From: an uncultured Nitrososphaerota archaeon
GTDB lineage: Archaea; Thermoproteota; Nitrososphaeria; Nitrososphaerales; Gagatemarchaeaceae
Direction: 5' to 3'
Assembly: GCA_963838925.1 (NCBI GenBank)
Contig: CAWISW010000002.1
Location: forward strand, 256,001 to 320,000
Length of the DNA: 64,000 nt
Positions within the stretch are counted from its first letter, which is position 1. Each line of letters begins with the position of its first letter. Shown piece after piece: positions 38,230 through 48,173 of the stretch. Made by a program: the position numbers and the translations under genes. The notes under the pieces were generated by a model. It did not search any database and was not told the origin of the DNA. It was given only the letters and a program-made list of their open reading frames with translations.

Positions 38230-38436
38230 GAGGCATTGAACCTCAGCGACGGCGAGGAGAAGTTCATCGTCAACGCGAAGATTGGTCAGGGGATGCGGGG
38301 GACTCGAGAGGGGGGGCGTTCCCATGTAGACTTCCTCGGCGACGAGGAGGGAATGCTCTTCACAACGAACCTCAAGGAAGTCACTGCGCGAAACTTCGAG
38401 CAGGTGTCAGAAATCTTACAGGGTCGCTCCTGTTAA
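38230..38436 (+). pseudogene. Remnant resembling the C-terminus of a VirB4-like conjugation ATPase
   Basis: LNLSDGEEKFIVNAKIGQGM...H....EE..LFTTN resembles VirB4/TraE C-termini; no Walker motifs present. Confidence 0.45.
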
Positions 38437-38462
38437 TAACAGTGTTAACCGAAACGTTAACA
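38431..38462. promoter_or_regulatory. Inverted repeats upstream of the iron permease
   Basis: TGTTA-A-TAACA (38431-38441) and TGTTAAC-N6-GTTAACA (38443-38462). Confidence 0.5.
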
Positions 38463-38502
38463 TCGTGAATGCTAAATATCACTTATGTTATACCATCAGT
38501 AG

Positions 38503-39558
38503 ATGGCGACCAAGCCGGTACACTCTGGCCGCATGGGGCGATGGCAATGGGCCCGTACCGCGGCCATACTTGGCGCCGCAGTGGCGGTCGCGAGCGTGCT
38601 CATCTGGCAGGGCATCACGGCTGCGGGCAACCCGAACCCGAGTGCACCTCACACTACCTTCCCGGTCGCAGCGCTCGACATCGCCGTTCTTGTAGCTCGC
38701 GAGGGACTCGAGTCAATCCTTGTGCTCGCGGCGCTCATCGTCGGTCTCAATGGCAAGAACTATGGATACCAGCGCCCGATCCAAGCTGGCGCCGGACTGG
38801 GCTTCGGAGCTGGCGTCGTGACCTGGTTCGTCGCAATCTCGGTCGTGGGCGACCTGATGGTCAACTACGGCGCGCTCGCGGTCCAGGCGGCCATAGGCCT
38901 GTTCGCCGTCATCGTGCTCCTCATCGTCATGAACTGGTTCTTCCACGGCGTCTACTGGTCGGGTTGGATTAACATGCAGACCCGCGCGAAGCGGTCGCTC
39001 ATCGCGGAGGCCGGTCAACTGGGCAAGAACACCCGCCGCCTGCTTCTCGGCCTAGTTGTACTGGGCTTCGCCTCCGTGTACCGCGAGTCGGTGGAGGTCG
39101 TCCTCTTCCTCCAGAGCTACTATCTCGAGATGGGGCCTACCGTCGTCTACTACGGCGCGGCCGCCGGCTTGGTGCTGACGGTGGCCACGGGTTACTTGAC
39201 GTTCCTCGGGCACCGCCGCCTCCCCTACAAGCGGATGCTCGTGGCGACGGGTGTCCTCCTCACCGGCGTCCTCTTCGTCATGGTCGGAGAGGAGGTCAAC
39301 GAGATGCAACTCGCGGGCTGGATTGGGACCACGAACATCCCCGGGCTCCAGGGCATCCCGGCTTGGGCGGGGCTATGGTTCTCCGTCTTTCCCAATGTCC
39401 AGACCTTTGTGGGACAGGCGCTCGCGCTCCTACTCGTGGCGGGAACCTACTTCTTCGCCAGACACAAGATGTGGAAGCTGGTTCACCCTCAAACACCGCG
39501 CGCGAGGGTCACTCCTTCATCGCGCAAAGTAGAGGACGCAGATATGCCCTTGACGTAA
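38503..39558 (+). CDS. FTR1/EfeU-family iron permease
   Basis: REGLE and RESVE motifs, multi-TM. Confidence 0.9.
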   Translation: MATKPVHSGRMGRWQWARTAAILGAAVAVASVLIWQGITAAGNPNPSAPHTTFPVAALDIAVLVAREGLESILVLAALIVGLNGKNYGYQRPIQAGAGLGFGAGVVTWFVAISVVGDLMVNYGALAVQAAIGLFAVIVLLIVMNWFFHGVYWSGWINMQTRAKRSLIAEAGQLGKNTRRLLLGLVVLGFASVYRESVEVVLFLQSYYLEMGPTVVYYGAAAGLVLTVATGYLTFLGHRRLPYKRMLVATGVLLTGVLFVMVGEEVNEMQLAGWIGTTNIPGLQGIPAWAGLWFSVFPNVQTFVGQALALLLVAGTYFFARHKMWKLVHPQTPRARVTPSSRKVEDADMPLT

Positions 39559-39752
39559 AGCTACCTGCACCCACGTGAAGTCATGCTTTCATGAATCGCG
39601 GGACCTGCCGATTTCCGACGGTCTCATGCAAAAAGTGTGTGGGGGATGCAATTTGAACTTGAAGTTCAAATCCCGTCGTCCCCGCCTCTCAGAAGAGGTG
39701 GAGCCTGCTCGAAGGATTCCCCGACTTCACCAACTCTCGCTCCTCCCGAATG

Positions 39753-40460
39753 CTATGCGAAAGCCCCCACAACGATGCCGACCAGGTATCCGACCACGAC
39801 TGCGAGCATCCCGAGGACCAGGAACTCGGTTGCGCTCAGGTACCATCTTCCACCTGCGACTCTTGTCTTTAGCGCCCCCGCGGCGAAGAGTGTGATTGAA
39901 GCAAGCAGTATCGAGCCGTAGGCTGCAGAGTTCAGGCTCGTGAGCAAGAGATACGGAAGCAGCGTTATGGTCGCGCCTAGGAGGTGCGAAAGGCCGAGCG
40001 TCAACGATTCTCTTGCGGGGTTCGCGGTCTTTCCCGGGATGAACTCAAGGACGTGGGTGACGTGCGCCTTTAGCCATCGATCTTTATCAAGTGAGAGACG
40101 ATTCACGAAGGAGTCCGCCTCCTCCCCACTGAAGCCCTCATCGATGTAGTATTGACGCATCTCCAACTTCTCGACTTCTGGGTGCTCCGCGAACTCCCTC
40201 TTCTCCTCCTCAATCATGTACTGGTAGATCTGTTTCTGCGTCCTGGCGGAGAGGAACTCCAGTGTCACCAGAGCGGCGAGCCCCGTGAGCATCCCGATTA
40301 CCCCGGCGATGGCGACTGTCCTTGTGCTTCCCGTCGCAGATGCAACCCCTATCGAAAGGCCGAGGATCGATATCAGGCCGTGTCCAAGGCCGAATACCAG
40401 CTGCCGGACCAGGTCGGCAATTCTCTTCTCAGAAGCGTGCGAGTGGGCGTACTCGGGCAT
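39753..40460 (-). CDS. VIT1/CCC1-family metal transporter
   Basis: LVFGLGHGL, EFLS, cytoplasmic E-rich metal-binding domain, LLPY. Confidence 0.88.
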   Translation of the reverse strand: MPEYAHSHASEKRIADLVRQLVFGLGHGLISILGLSIGVASATGSTRTVAIAGVIGMLTGLAALVTLEFLSARTQKQIYQYMIEEEKREFAEHPEVEKLEMRQYYIDEGFSGEEADSFVNRLSLDKDRWLKAHVTHVLEFIPGKTANPARESLTLGLSHLLGATITLLPYLLLTSLNSAAYGSILLASITLFAAGALKTRVAGGRWYLSATEFLVLGMLAVVVGYLVGIVVGAFA

Positions 40461-40614
40461 GATGAACTGCTCGTCCGGGCCTGTAAAGAAGTTGCTTGGA
40501 AGAATTTCGGTTCTGCCTCTGCGCAGCTACGGTCAATGCGTTCGATGCGCACTGCAATTCAGGTTCAACTCCCAAAGGCTTCTGCGAACTTCTGACCATC
40601 TCATGTGAAAGGTG

Positions 40615-40699
40615 TGCGGGGGGTGGGATTCGAACCCACGAACCCCTAAGGGATGGGGTCCTAAGCCCCACGCCGTTGACCAGGCTTGGCGACCCCCGC
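40615..40699 (-). tRNA. tRNA-Leu(TAG), intronless
   Basis: GCGGGGG acceptor stem, TGGGG-CT-TAG-GA-CCCCA anticodon arm, long variable arm, GTGGG-TTCGAAT-CCCAC T arm, discriminator A. Confidence 0.95.
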
Positions 40700-40800
40700 G
40701 CAACCGTGGCGCTCCAACCGCCGCGAGTGGGCTTAACAGTTTTGCGTCATCCTAGTCCCCGCGAAGGGATTATAACAAATGGAGGAAGGAGGGTTCCGAA

Positions 40801-41775
40801 GTGAGGGTAGGAGAGAGCGTTCTCGACGCGATTGGCAACACGCCTCTCGTGAGGCTGAAGAGAATCTCCCGAGGGGTGAAGCCCCGGATCTACGCGAAGC
40901 TTGAGTTCATGAACCCAGGGGGCTCGGTCAAGGACCGGATCGCCGCCTACCTAGTCGCCGACGCGGAAAAGAATGGCACCCTGAAGAAGGGAGGGACAAT
41001 CATCGAGCCCACTTCGGGCAACACCGGCGTCGGGCTGGCCATGCTCGCGGCGGTTCGGGGATACAAGGCGATATTCACGATGCCCGACAAGGTCAGCGAG
41101 GAGAAGCGGGCGCTTCTCAGGGCCTACGGCGCCAAGGTGGTCGTCGCTCCCACGGAGCTTCCTCCCACGTCTCCAGCGCACTACGTCAACGTCGCGCGGA
41201 GGATGCAGAAGGAGACGCCCAACTCGTTCATGCCCAACCAGTACCAGAACCCCGCCAACCCCAAGGCCCACTACGACACCACCGGGCCGGAGATATGGCA
41301 CCAGACGGACGGCGAGATCGACGCATTCGTGGCGGGGGTCGGGACGGGCGGGACGATCTCGGGCGCCGGGAAGTACCTGAAGCAGAGGAAGAAGTCCCTG
41401 ATGGTAGTGGGGGTCGAGCCGGAGGGGTCGATCTACGGGAACCTCAAGCACGGGACGAAGGACCCGCTCCATCCGTATCTCGTCGAAGGAATCGGGGAGG
41501 ACTTTGTCCCTGGCTCCTACAACCCCCGCGTGGTCGACGAAATCATCAGGGTCACCGACGCCCAGAGCATCGCCATGGCCCATCGCCTAGCGGCAGAAGA
41601 GGGGATCCTCGCGGGTGGGTCGTCAGGCAGCGCCGTGGCCGGGGCCCTAGAACTGGCCAAGCGGAAGCCCAGCCTGAAGCTGATCGTCGTCATCCTCCCG
41701 GACTCGGGGAGGAACTACCTGAGCAAGGTCTACAACCCGGCCTGGCTGAAGAAACACCGCCTCTCGCAAGATTAA
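40801..41775 (+). CDS. Cystathionine beta-synthase / cysteine synthase family (no CBS domains)
   Basis: NPGGSVKDR, TSGNTG, NQY.NP.N, GTGGT, EGIGEDF, PDSGRNYLSK. Confidence 0.88.
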   Translation: MRVGESVLDAIGNTPLVRLKRISRGVKPRIYAKLEFMNPGGSVKDRIAAYLVADAEKNGTLKKGGTIIEPTSGNTGVGLAMLAAVRGYKAIFTMPDKVSEEKRALLRAYGAKVVVAPTELPPTSPAHYVNVARRMQKETPNSFMPNQYQNPANPKAHYDTTGPEIWHQTDGEIDAFVAGVGTGGTISGAGKYLKQRKKSLMVVGVEPEGSIYGNLKHGTKDPLHPYLVEGIGEDFVPGSYNPRVVDEIIRVTDAQSIAMAHRLAAEEGILAGGSSGSAVAGALELAKRKPSLKLIVVILPDSGRNYLSKVYNPAWLKKHRLSQD

Positions 41776-41801
41776 ATTCACGCGGATTGGCGCGGCCACC
41801 C

Positions 41802-42956
41802 ATGCGCTTCGACACGCGTGCCGTCCACGTGGGAAACGAACCTGACGAGCTCACCGGCGCCGTGACCCCGCCCATCTACACGTCATCGACGTTCGCGCAA
41901 GCCAAGATAGGGAAGACCAAGGGGTACGAATACTCGAGGTCGGGGAACCCAACGAGGGAGAGGCTCGAGCGGGCCGTCGCCGACCTCGAGGGAGGCAGGT
42001 TTGGCCTCGCGTTCGCGTCGGGGCTAGCCGCGGAGACGGCGGTGGCAGGCCTCCTCAAGAAGGGAGACCACGTCATCATCTGCAACGACGTCTACGGGGG
42101 GACGTTCAGGCTCTTCAACCAGGTGTTCAGGAACTTCGGAGTCTCCTTCGACAGGGTCGACGCGAGGGACACTGGAATCCTGGAGCGCGCGGTCAAGCCC
42201 AACACGAAGATGGTCTGGATGGAGTCGCCGACCAACCCCTTGATGCTCGTCCTCGACATTAGGGGAATCGCAAACGTCGCGAAGGCCAACGGCCTGACGC
42301 TGACAGTCGACAACACCTTCGCATCGCCTTGCCTGCAGAACCCACTCAAGCTCGGGGCCACCGTCGTCGTCCACAGCACGACCAAGTACATCGGCGGCCA
42401 CAGCGACCTCGTCGGCGGGGCGGTCGTCACCTCGAGCCAAGCGATCTACGAGAAGGTGAAGTTCCTGCAGAACGCGACGGGCTCCGTCCCAGGTCCGTTC
42501 GACTGCTACCTCGCCCTGAGGGGCCTCAGGACGATCAGCCTGAGGATGCAGAGGCACTCCAAGAACGGCGCAGCGGTGGCGGAGGCCCTCTCCAGAGACG
42601 CGGGGCGGGTCCGAGAGGTGTACTACCCCTACCTGAGGCAGTCGGCTTCGTACAAGCTCGCGAAGCGCCAGATGTCCGCGGGAGGGGGCATGGTCGCGTT
42701 CAGGATCAAGGGCGGCTACAGGGCGGCATCCAAGTTCCTGGAGTCTCTGAAGATCTTCACGCTCGGCGAGAGCCTAGGGGGGGTCGAGTCCCTCGCGGAG
42801 CACCCCTCCAGGATGACACACGCCTCGCTCCCCCAAGATGAGCGGCGGAAGCTTGGGATAACCGACGACCTGATCCGCCTTTCCGTCGGAATCGAGGACA
42901 CCGGCGACCTGGTGGATGACGTGAAGGGCGCCCTGAGAGCCGCCCTGCCACATTAG
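41802..42956 (+). CDS. Cystathionine gamma-lyase/synthase
   Basis: YSRSGNPT, ESPTNP, DNTF, HSTTKYIGGHSD, ESLGGVES. Confidence 0.92.
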   Translation: MRFDTRAVHVGNEPDELTGAVTPPIYTSSTFAQAKIGKTKGYEYSRSGNPTRERLERAVADLEGGRFGLAFASGLAAETAVAGLLKKGDHVIICNDVYGGTFRLFNQVFRNFGVSFDRVDARDTGILERAVKPNTKMVWMESPTNPLMLVLDIRGIANVAKANGLTLTVDNTFASPCLQNPLKLGATVVVHSTTKYIGGHSDLVGGAVVTSSQAIYEKVKFLQNATGSVPGPFDCYLALRGLRTISLRMQRHSKNGAAVAEALSRDAGRVREVYYPYLRQSASYKLAKRQMSAGGGMVAFRIKGGYRAASKFLESLKIFTLGESLGGVESLAEHPSRMTHASLPQDERRKLGITDDLIRLSVGIEDTGDLVDDVKGALRAALPH

Positions 42957-43096
42957 AAGCGGGAATATCCCGCCTCCGGCCTCCGGGTTACTACAAGAGA
43001 CGATTCCTACCCCGTACGACTGTAGACAATCGTCGTATCTCCTGAGCAACCCTTATAAGACGATTGTCGAAGGCCTGCGAAACTAAGGTAATATGG

Positions 43097-43408
43097 TTGG
43101 CACGATTCTTAGCGTTCGTGGACATCTTCGTAGAGTCGTCCTTGATGGACGACGTTGTGCAGTCTCTGATCAAGCTCGAGAACCTCGAGGAGCTGTACGA
43201 GGTCACCGGTGAGTTCGACATCGTGACCCTCCTCTCGGCAACCGACATCGAGGAGTTCAGGGACGTGCTGAAGAACAGGATCATGAAGATCAAGGGCGTC
43301 AAGAGCACCGTGAGCTCCGTAGTGCTCAAGGCCTACAAGGGCCCCAGGTGCATCGAAGAGCAGCAAAAGGTCAACGAGCCGCAAAAAGCCAAGCCATCGC
43401 GTCAGTAG
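43097..43408 (+). CDS. Stand-alone Lrp/AsnC ligand-binding (RAM) domain
   Basis: LYEVTGEFDI...I..IKGVKST; no HTH. Confidence 0.85.
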   Translation: MARFLAFVDIFVESSLMDDVVQSLIKLENLEELYEVTGEFDIVTLLSATDIEEFRDVLKNRIMKIKGVKSTVSSVVLKAYKGPRCIEEQQKVNEPQKAKPSRQ

Positions 43409-43456
43409 GCGGGACCGGGGGAGGTTCCGCCGTAAGGGAGGAAAAGCGTGAAGTGA

Positions 43457-45118
43457 TTGATAGACCTACAACAACTAGTCTCGGTATTCCTTATTCTCGG
43501 AGGCACCATGGCCGTAGCGTGGCTGATTGCCCCCTTCATCACAGGGATCTACACCAAGGCCCCCAGTCGACTGGACCGGCTGCTTGACCCGATAGAGAAC
43601 GCGATCTTCAGGCTCACGGGGGTTGACACCTCCGAAGGGATGGGGTGGAAAGGGTACTTCTTCGCCGCCCTGCTCGTCAACGTGCTCCAGATGGCCATCG
43701 CTTTCGCCATCCTCATGCTCCAAGGAGAGCTCCCACTGAACCCGATGGGCTTCAAGGGGCTGAACTGGGACCTCGCCGTCAACACGGTCATCTCCTTCGC
43801 GACCAACACCAACCTCCAGCACTACAACGGGGAGACCACGCTCTCCTATCTCAGCCAGATGGGGGCGATCCAGTTCCTCCAGTTCACGTCCGCTGCCACG
43901 GGCATCTGCATGGGCGTCGCTATGGTCCGAGGCCTCGTCGTGGGTTCAAAGCACATGGGAAACTTCTACGTCGACTTCGTCAGGTCTCTGACGAGGCTCC
44001 TGGTCCCGTTCTGCTTCGTGGCCGCCCTCATCCTCGTCTGGATGGGCGTGCCCCAGACGATTGGAGGGTACGTCCCGATAAAGACGGTGGAAGGCGCGAC
44101 TGGCTCTGTACTCGTGGGGCCGGTGGCGTCGCTAGTTTCGATAATGCAGCTGGGCACTAACGGCGGCGGCTACTACGGGGCGAATTCGGCCTACCCTTTC
44201 ATGAACCCTAGCCCGTCGTCGGACGTCCTTGAAATCTGCCTCATGCTCCTCCTGCCCACCGCGCTGGTCTTCGTCTTCGGCCAGCTCCTCGGAAAGAAGC
44301 GGGAATCTATGCCCGTGCTCATCGGCGCCTACCTCCTCTTCATAATCGACCTTGCAATCGCGTTCATCCCCACGATGCCCCAAGTCGGTCCCGGGATAGA
44401 GACGAGGATTGGCGGCTTCATGTCCGCCTTCTGGACCGTGGTGACGACGGCGGTCACGACGGGGTCGGTCAACTCAGCACTCGCCGGGATGCACCCGCTC
44501 GTAATCCTGGGGGGCTTCATGGGTATGCTGATTCAGTCGACTCCGGGCGGAAAGGGAGTAGGGTTGGCCTACATGATCATGTATATCATCATCACAGTCT
44601 TCATAGTGGGGCTGATGTCCGGCAGGACGCCGGAATACCTGGGCATCAAGATAACCTCTCGCGACGTAAAGATCGTCCTCATCGCTTTCCTCATCCACCC
44701 CATCATAATACTCGTCCCGACCATTCTGGCGTACGCCTCGGGAGCCGCCGCGGCCATAGGGCTGACCGGTAACTCCATCGGATTCACGCAGGTTCTCTAC
44801 GAGTTCACCACCGCGGCCGCAAACAACGGCTCCGACTTCTTGGGCGCCTCGGGGAACACCCTGTTCTTCAACCTCTCGACGGCCGCAGTGATCTTCATTG
44901 GACGATTCGCCCCAATAGGCCTGATGCTTGCGCTCGCAGGGTCGGTGATAGGGAGGAAGCGAAGCGTCACGGCCGGCGGACTGAGGACCGACAGCATCAC
45001 TTTCTCGCTCGTCCTAGTGGGCAGCATACTAATCTTGGTCGTTCTTACATTCTTGCCCTTCCTGTCGCTCGGCCCGATACTTTCCTACTTCCAGGGGAAC
45101 GTGAATGGAATCGGGTAG
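43457..45118 (+). CDS. kdpA: K+-transporting ATPase subunit A
   Basis: SFATNTNLQHY, LGTNGGG, TTGSVN, GRTPEYLG, AANNGS. Confidence 0.95.
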   Translation: MIDLQQLVSVFLILGGTMAVAWLIAPFITGIYTKAPSRLDRLLDPIENAIFRLTGVDTSEGMGWKGYFFAALLVNVLQMAIAFAILMLQGELPLNPMGFKGLNWDLAVNTVISFATNTNLQHYNGETTLSYLSQMGAIQFLQFTSAATGICMGVAMVRGLVVGSKHMGNFYVDFVRSLTRLLVPFCFVAALILVWMGVPQTIGGYVPIKTVEGATGSVLVGPVASLVSIMQLGTNGGGYYGANSAYPFMNPSPSSDVLEICLMLLLPTALVFVFGQLLGKKRESMPVLIGAYLLFIIDLAIAFIPTMPQVGPGIETRIGGFMSAFWTVVTTAVTTGSVNSALAGMHPLVILGGFMGMLIQSTPGGKGVGLAYMIMYIIITVFIVGLMSGRTPEYLGIKITSRDVKIVLIAFLIHPIIILVPTILAYASGAAAAIGLTGNSIGFTQVLYEFTTAAANNGSDFLGASGNTLFFNLSTAAVIFIGRFAPIGLMLALAGSVIGRKRSVTAGGLRTDSITFSLVLVGSILILVVLTFLPFLSLGPILSYFQGNVNGIG

Positions 45119-47267
45119 CGAGAGCGCGGGCGGCGCGCCTGAGGCCGTAAGGCGAGGCCGGGGCGTGTCCGTCATCACTGGGAAGGTGCTTCTTGACTCG
45201 TTGGTCAGACTCAGCCCCGTAAGGCTCCTCTCGAACCCGGTGATGCTCATAGTGGAGCTGACGTTCTTCATCGTCGCGGCGATGGCGGCCTACCCGCAGG
45301 GCTTCATCCCGGTCGCCAGCGTGGGAGAGAGGCTGTTCTACGTCGAGATAGCCATCATCCTCCTGATCACCGTGTGGTTCAGCACCCTCTCAGACTCGCT
45401 CGCGGAACAGCAGGCGAAGAACACGGCGAGCAGCCTGCGGAAGCTCGAGCGCGAGGTGCCTAGCAAGAAGGTTGTGAGAGAAGGGTGGTCCCAGAGCATA
45501 GTCCAGACGTCGTCCAAGGGCCTTCGGAAGGGAGACCTAGTCCTGATCGAGAAGGGCGACATGGTCCCGCTTGACGCCGACGTCCTAGAGGGAATCGCCA
45601 TGGTCGACGAGTCGCTCCTCACCGGCGAGTCCGCCCCCGTAAAGAAGGCGCCGGGCGACGCCCTCATCGGAGGCTCGCGCGTCGTCAGCGACACCTTGAC
45701 CGCCAAGGTCACTGCCAATCCAGGTGAGACCTTCGTCGACCAGATGATCAAGATGGTCGAGTCGTCGAAGAGACCCAAGACCCCGAACGAGCAGGCCGTC
45801 ACCGTCGTACTAATCGGCCTCACAGCGATCTTCACGATAATCGTCGGATCGCTGCTCGGGCTCTCCATAACGCTCAATCTCGGAGGCGACCTCTCAGTCC
45901 TCATCGCGCTCTACGTCTGCCTCCTCCCTACGACGATCGGCGCCCTGCTGCCAGCCATAGGCCTCTCGGGGATATCCCGGCTCTACGCAAGGAAGATCGT
46001 CGCGAAGTCGGGCAAGGCGATTGAAACGGCCGGAGACGCAGACGTCATACTCCTGGACAAGACGGGCACAATCACGGTGGGGAATAGGCGGGCGATCGAG
46101 TTCGTCCCGCTGCAAGGGCACACCGAGAGGGAGGTCGGGGAGGCGGCCTTCCTCTCGTCGTGGGCAGATGACACGCCTGAGGGGCGCAGCATAATCCACT
46201 TGGCCCATGAGCGGGGCTTTGTTCCCCGTGAACTCAACGCTCTTGCGCTCTCCGAGTTCCACGAGTTCTCGGCGAGCACCCGCACGAGCGGCGTGACGAT
46301 AAAGCGAGGGATGGGATTTGTGCCTGCGAAGGCTGAGAAGTCAGGTGAGCCGAGGATGAGATTCAGCAGGAAGTACGCTAGCGGAAGCGAGGAGAGGAAT
46401 GGTTCGGGCGAACTCGTCATCACGAAAGGCGCTCCAGACTCCGCGAGGGATCTGGTAGCCTCCGTCCCCATTGACTTCGAGCCCACGGTGACTGGCGTAG
46501 CTACGGCGGGCGAGACGCCGATGGCGGTGGTGCGCAACGGCGAGGCCATTGGAATCATCAGGCTGAAGGACGTGATGAAGGAGGGGATCAAGGAGAAGAT
46601 ACAGGCTGTGAAGACCCTGGGCATACGCCCGGTGATGATCACCGGAGACCAACCCCTCACCGCGAAGTCGATCGCGGGAGAGGTCGGCATCACGGAGTAT
46701 GTGCCGCGAGCCAGGCCTGAGGACAAGTTCGAGATCGTGAAGAAGGAGCAGGCGCAGTCCCGGATCGTCGCCATGATAGGGGACGGGACCAACGACGCCC
46801 CCGCGCTCTCTGTCGCAGACGTGGGGCTCGCCATGAACTCGGGGACCGAGGCCGCGAAGGAGGCCGCGAACATGGTGGACCTGGAGTCGAACCCAGCGAA
46901 GATAATCGACGTAGTCATGCTAGGTAAGCAGCTCCTAATGACCAGGGGCGCCGTGACCGCCTTCAGCATCGCGAACGACGTGGCAAAGTACTTCGCCATC
47001 ATACCCGTCCTCTTCGCAAGCAGCATCCCGCAGCTCCAATCTATGAACGTCCTCGGGCTCGGCTTGCACACGGCCGTCCTCTCCGCGTTGATCTTCAACG
47101 CCATCATCATACCGTTGCTCATCCCTCTCGCGATGAGGGGCGTCGCTTTCAGGCCCGCCGACACCATGACGATCTTCTTGAGGAACGTCATGATTTACGG
47201 GATAGGCGGAGTAGTCGTCCCGTTCGTGGGCATCAAACTGATCGACTTGCTGATTTCCGCACTATAG
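45105..47267 (+). CDS. kdpB: K+-transporting ATPase subunit B
   Basis: TGES, DKTGT, TGD, GDGTNDAPAL, FSIANDVAKYF. Confidence 0.96.
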   Translation: MESGSESAGGAPEAVRRGRGVSVITGKVLLDSLVRLSPVRLLSNPVMLIVELTFFIVAAMAAYPQGFIPVASVGERLFYVEIAIILLITVWFSTLSDSLAEQQAKNTASSLRKLEREVPSKKVVREGWSQSIVQTSSKGLRKGDLVLIEKGDMVPLDADVLEGIAMVDESLLTGESAPVKKAPGDALIGGSRVVSDTLTAKVTANPGETFVDQMIKMVESSKRPKTPNEQAVTVVLIGLTAIFTIIVGSLLGLSITLNLGGDLSVLIALYVCLLPTTIGALLPAIGLSGISRLYARKIVAKSGKAIETAGDADVILLDKTGTITVGNRRAIEFVPLQGHTEREVGEAAFLSSWADDTPEGRSIIHLAHERGFVPRELNALALSEFHEFSASTRTSGVTIKRGMGFVPAKAEKSGEPRMRFSRKYASGSEERNGSGELVITKGAPDSARDLVASVPIDFEPTVTGVATAGETPMAVVRNGEAIGIIRLKDVMKEGIKEKIQAVKTLGIRPVMITGDQPLTAKSIAGEVGITEYVPRARPEDKFEIVKKEQAQSRIVAMIGDGTNDAPALSVADVGLAMNSGTEAAKEAANMVDLESNPAKIIDVVMLGKQLLMTRGAVTAFSIANDVAKYFAIIPVLFASSIPQLQSMNVLGLGLHTAVLSALIFNAIIIPLLIPLAMRGVAFRPADTMTIFLRNVMIYGIGGVVVPFVGIKLIDLLISAL

Positions 47268-47277
47268 GTGAACAAGA

Positions 47278-47751
47278 TTGGAAGACTCGAACACAAGTCA
47301 TGGCAAGAAGTCGAAGCACATCCGGCCGATCATAGGGGTGGCTGTCGTCTCGCTCCTCGTATGCGGCTTGTTCTTTCCCCTAGTGGTGACCGGGGTCGCG
47401 CAGCTCGTCTTCCCATACCAGGCGAACGGCGAGCTCCAGACCGTCAACGGTCGCACTGTTGGTTCAGTCATCGCCGTCAACTCGACCGACTACTCTCTGC
47501 CCGTCTTCTTCCACCTCAGGAACGACACGGCCTCGGGCTTCGACCCGGACATAACCCTCCAGGACGCGCAGTCGCAGGTCCCGGGCATCAGCAACGCCAC
47601 CGGCATACCTGCCTCGACCCTGCAGGCGATTGTAAGTCAGAACGTTGAGGGGGTGTGGTGGGTGTTCGGGAGCCCGTACGTGAACGTCCAGAAGGTGAAC
47701 CTGCTCCTAGTGGACCAGTTCCCTTCGGTGTATGCGAACTACACTGGCTAG
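47278..47751 (+). CDS. kdpC: K+-transporting ATPase subunit C (short)
   Basis: FPYQANG, ASGFDPDI, PYVNV. Confidence 0.9.
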   Translation: MEDSNTSHGKKSKHIRPIIGVAVVSLLVCGLFFPLVVTGVAQLVFPYQANGELQTVNGRTVGSVIAVNSTDYSLPVFFHLRNDTASGFDPDITLQDAQSQVPGISNATGIPASTLQAIVSQNVEGVWWVFGSPYVNVQKVNLLLVDQFPSVYANYTG

Positions 47752-48062
47752 TGCTGCGCCTTCGCCTTCCGCTTCCTCTTCTCTTCTTCGGCCTTGAGCT
47801 TCTTGGCCTTCTGCTCGGCCCTCTTCTTGTCGTAGGCCCCGATTGGGGCGTCGCTCTCCACAAAGCCGTGTGCTATGGTGATGATGTTCCTGACGAGCTG
47901 CTTCGTCGCGGAGTCGTTCTTTGACAGGACGACCATGATGTTCCTCCTGTCGAGGACCGTGAACTGAGGCGCCTTTTCCATCTTCTTGATCTCGTCGACC
48001 GCCCGCTCCAGCGCGTACTCGTTTCCAAACAGTCCTCTGACCTCCCAGTCTCCTGCGGACAT
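47748..48062 (-). CDS. Hypothetical protein
   Basis: 104-aa ORF with a small alpha/beta core and Lys-rich tail. Confidence 0.7.
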   Translation of the reverse strand: MSAGDWEVRGLFGNEYALERAVDEIKKMEKAPQFTVLDRRNIMVVLSKNDSATKQLVRNIITIAHGFVESDAPIGAYDKKRAEQKAKKLKAEEEKRKRKAKAQH

Positions 48063-48173
48063 GGCCCATGCGCCCTAACGACGAAATAAAAGGATTAGAG
48101 GAGAGCACGTGCCAAGGGGAGCATTCGCGCGGCTCATGCGTTAAATACTCCCGCCCGGAGTCGAGTTTTTCGC

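Noticed and set aside
38290-38303. TGCGGGGG as an att duplicate of the tRNA-Leu 3' end
   Set aside because: Only about 8 bp of G-rich match, expected by chance
41295-41801. Apparent long N-terminal extensions (CGL; likewise trpG, trpD, tyrA, pyrB in the ORF track)
   Set aside because: They overlap upstream genes; internal starts at the family N-terminus fit better, so these are not fusions
40801-42956. CBS/CGL pair as a novel system
   Set aside because: Ordinary reverse-transsulfuration gene pair
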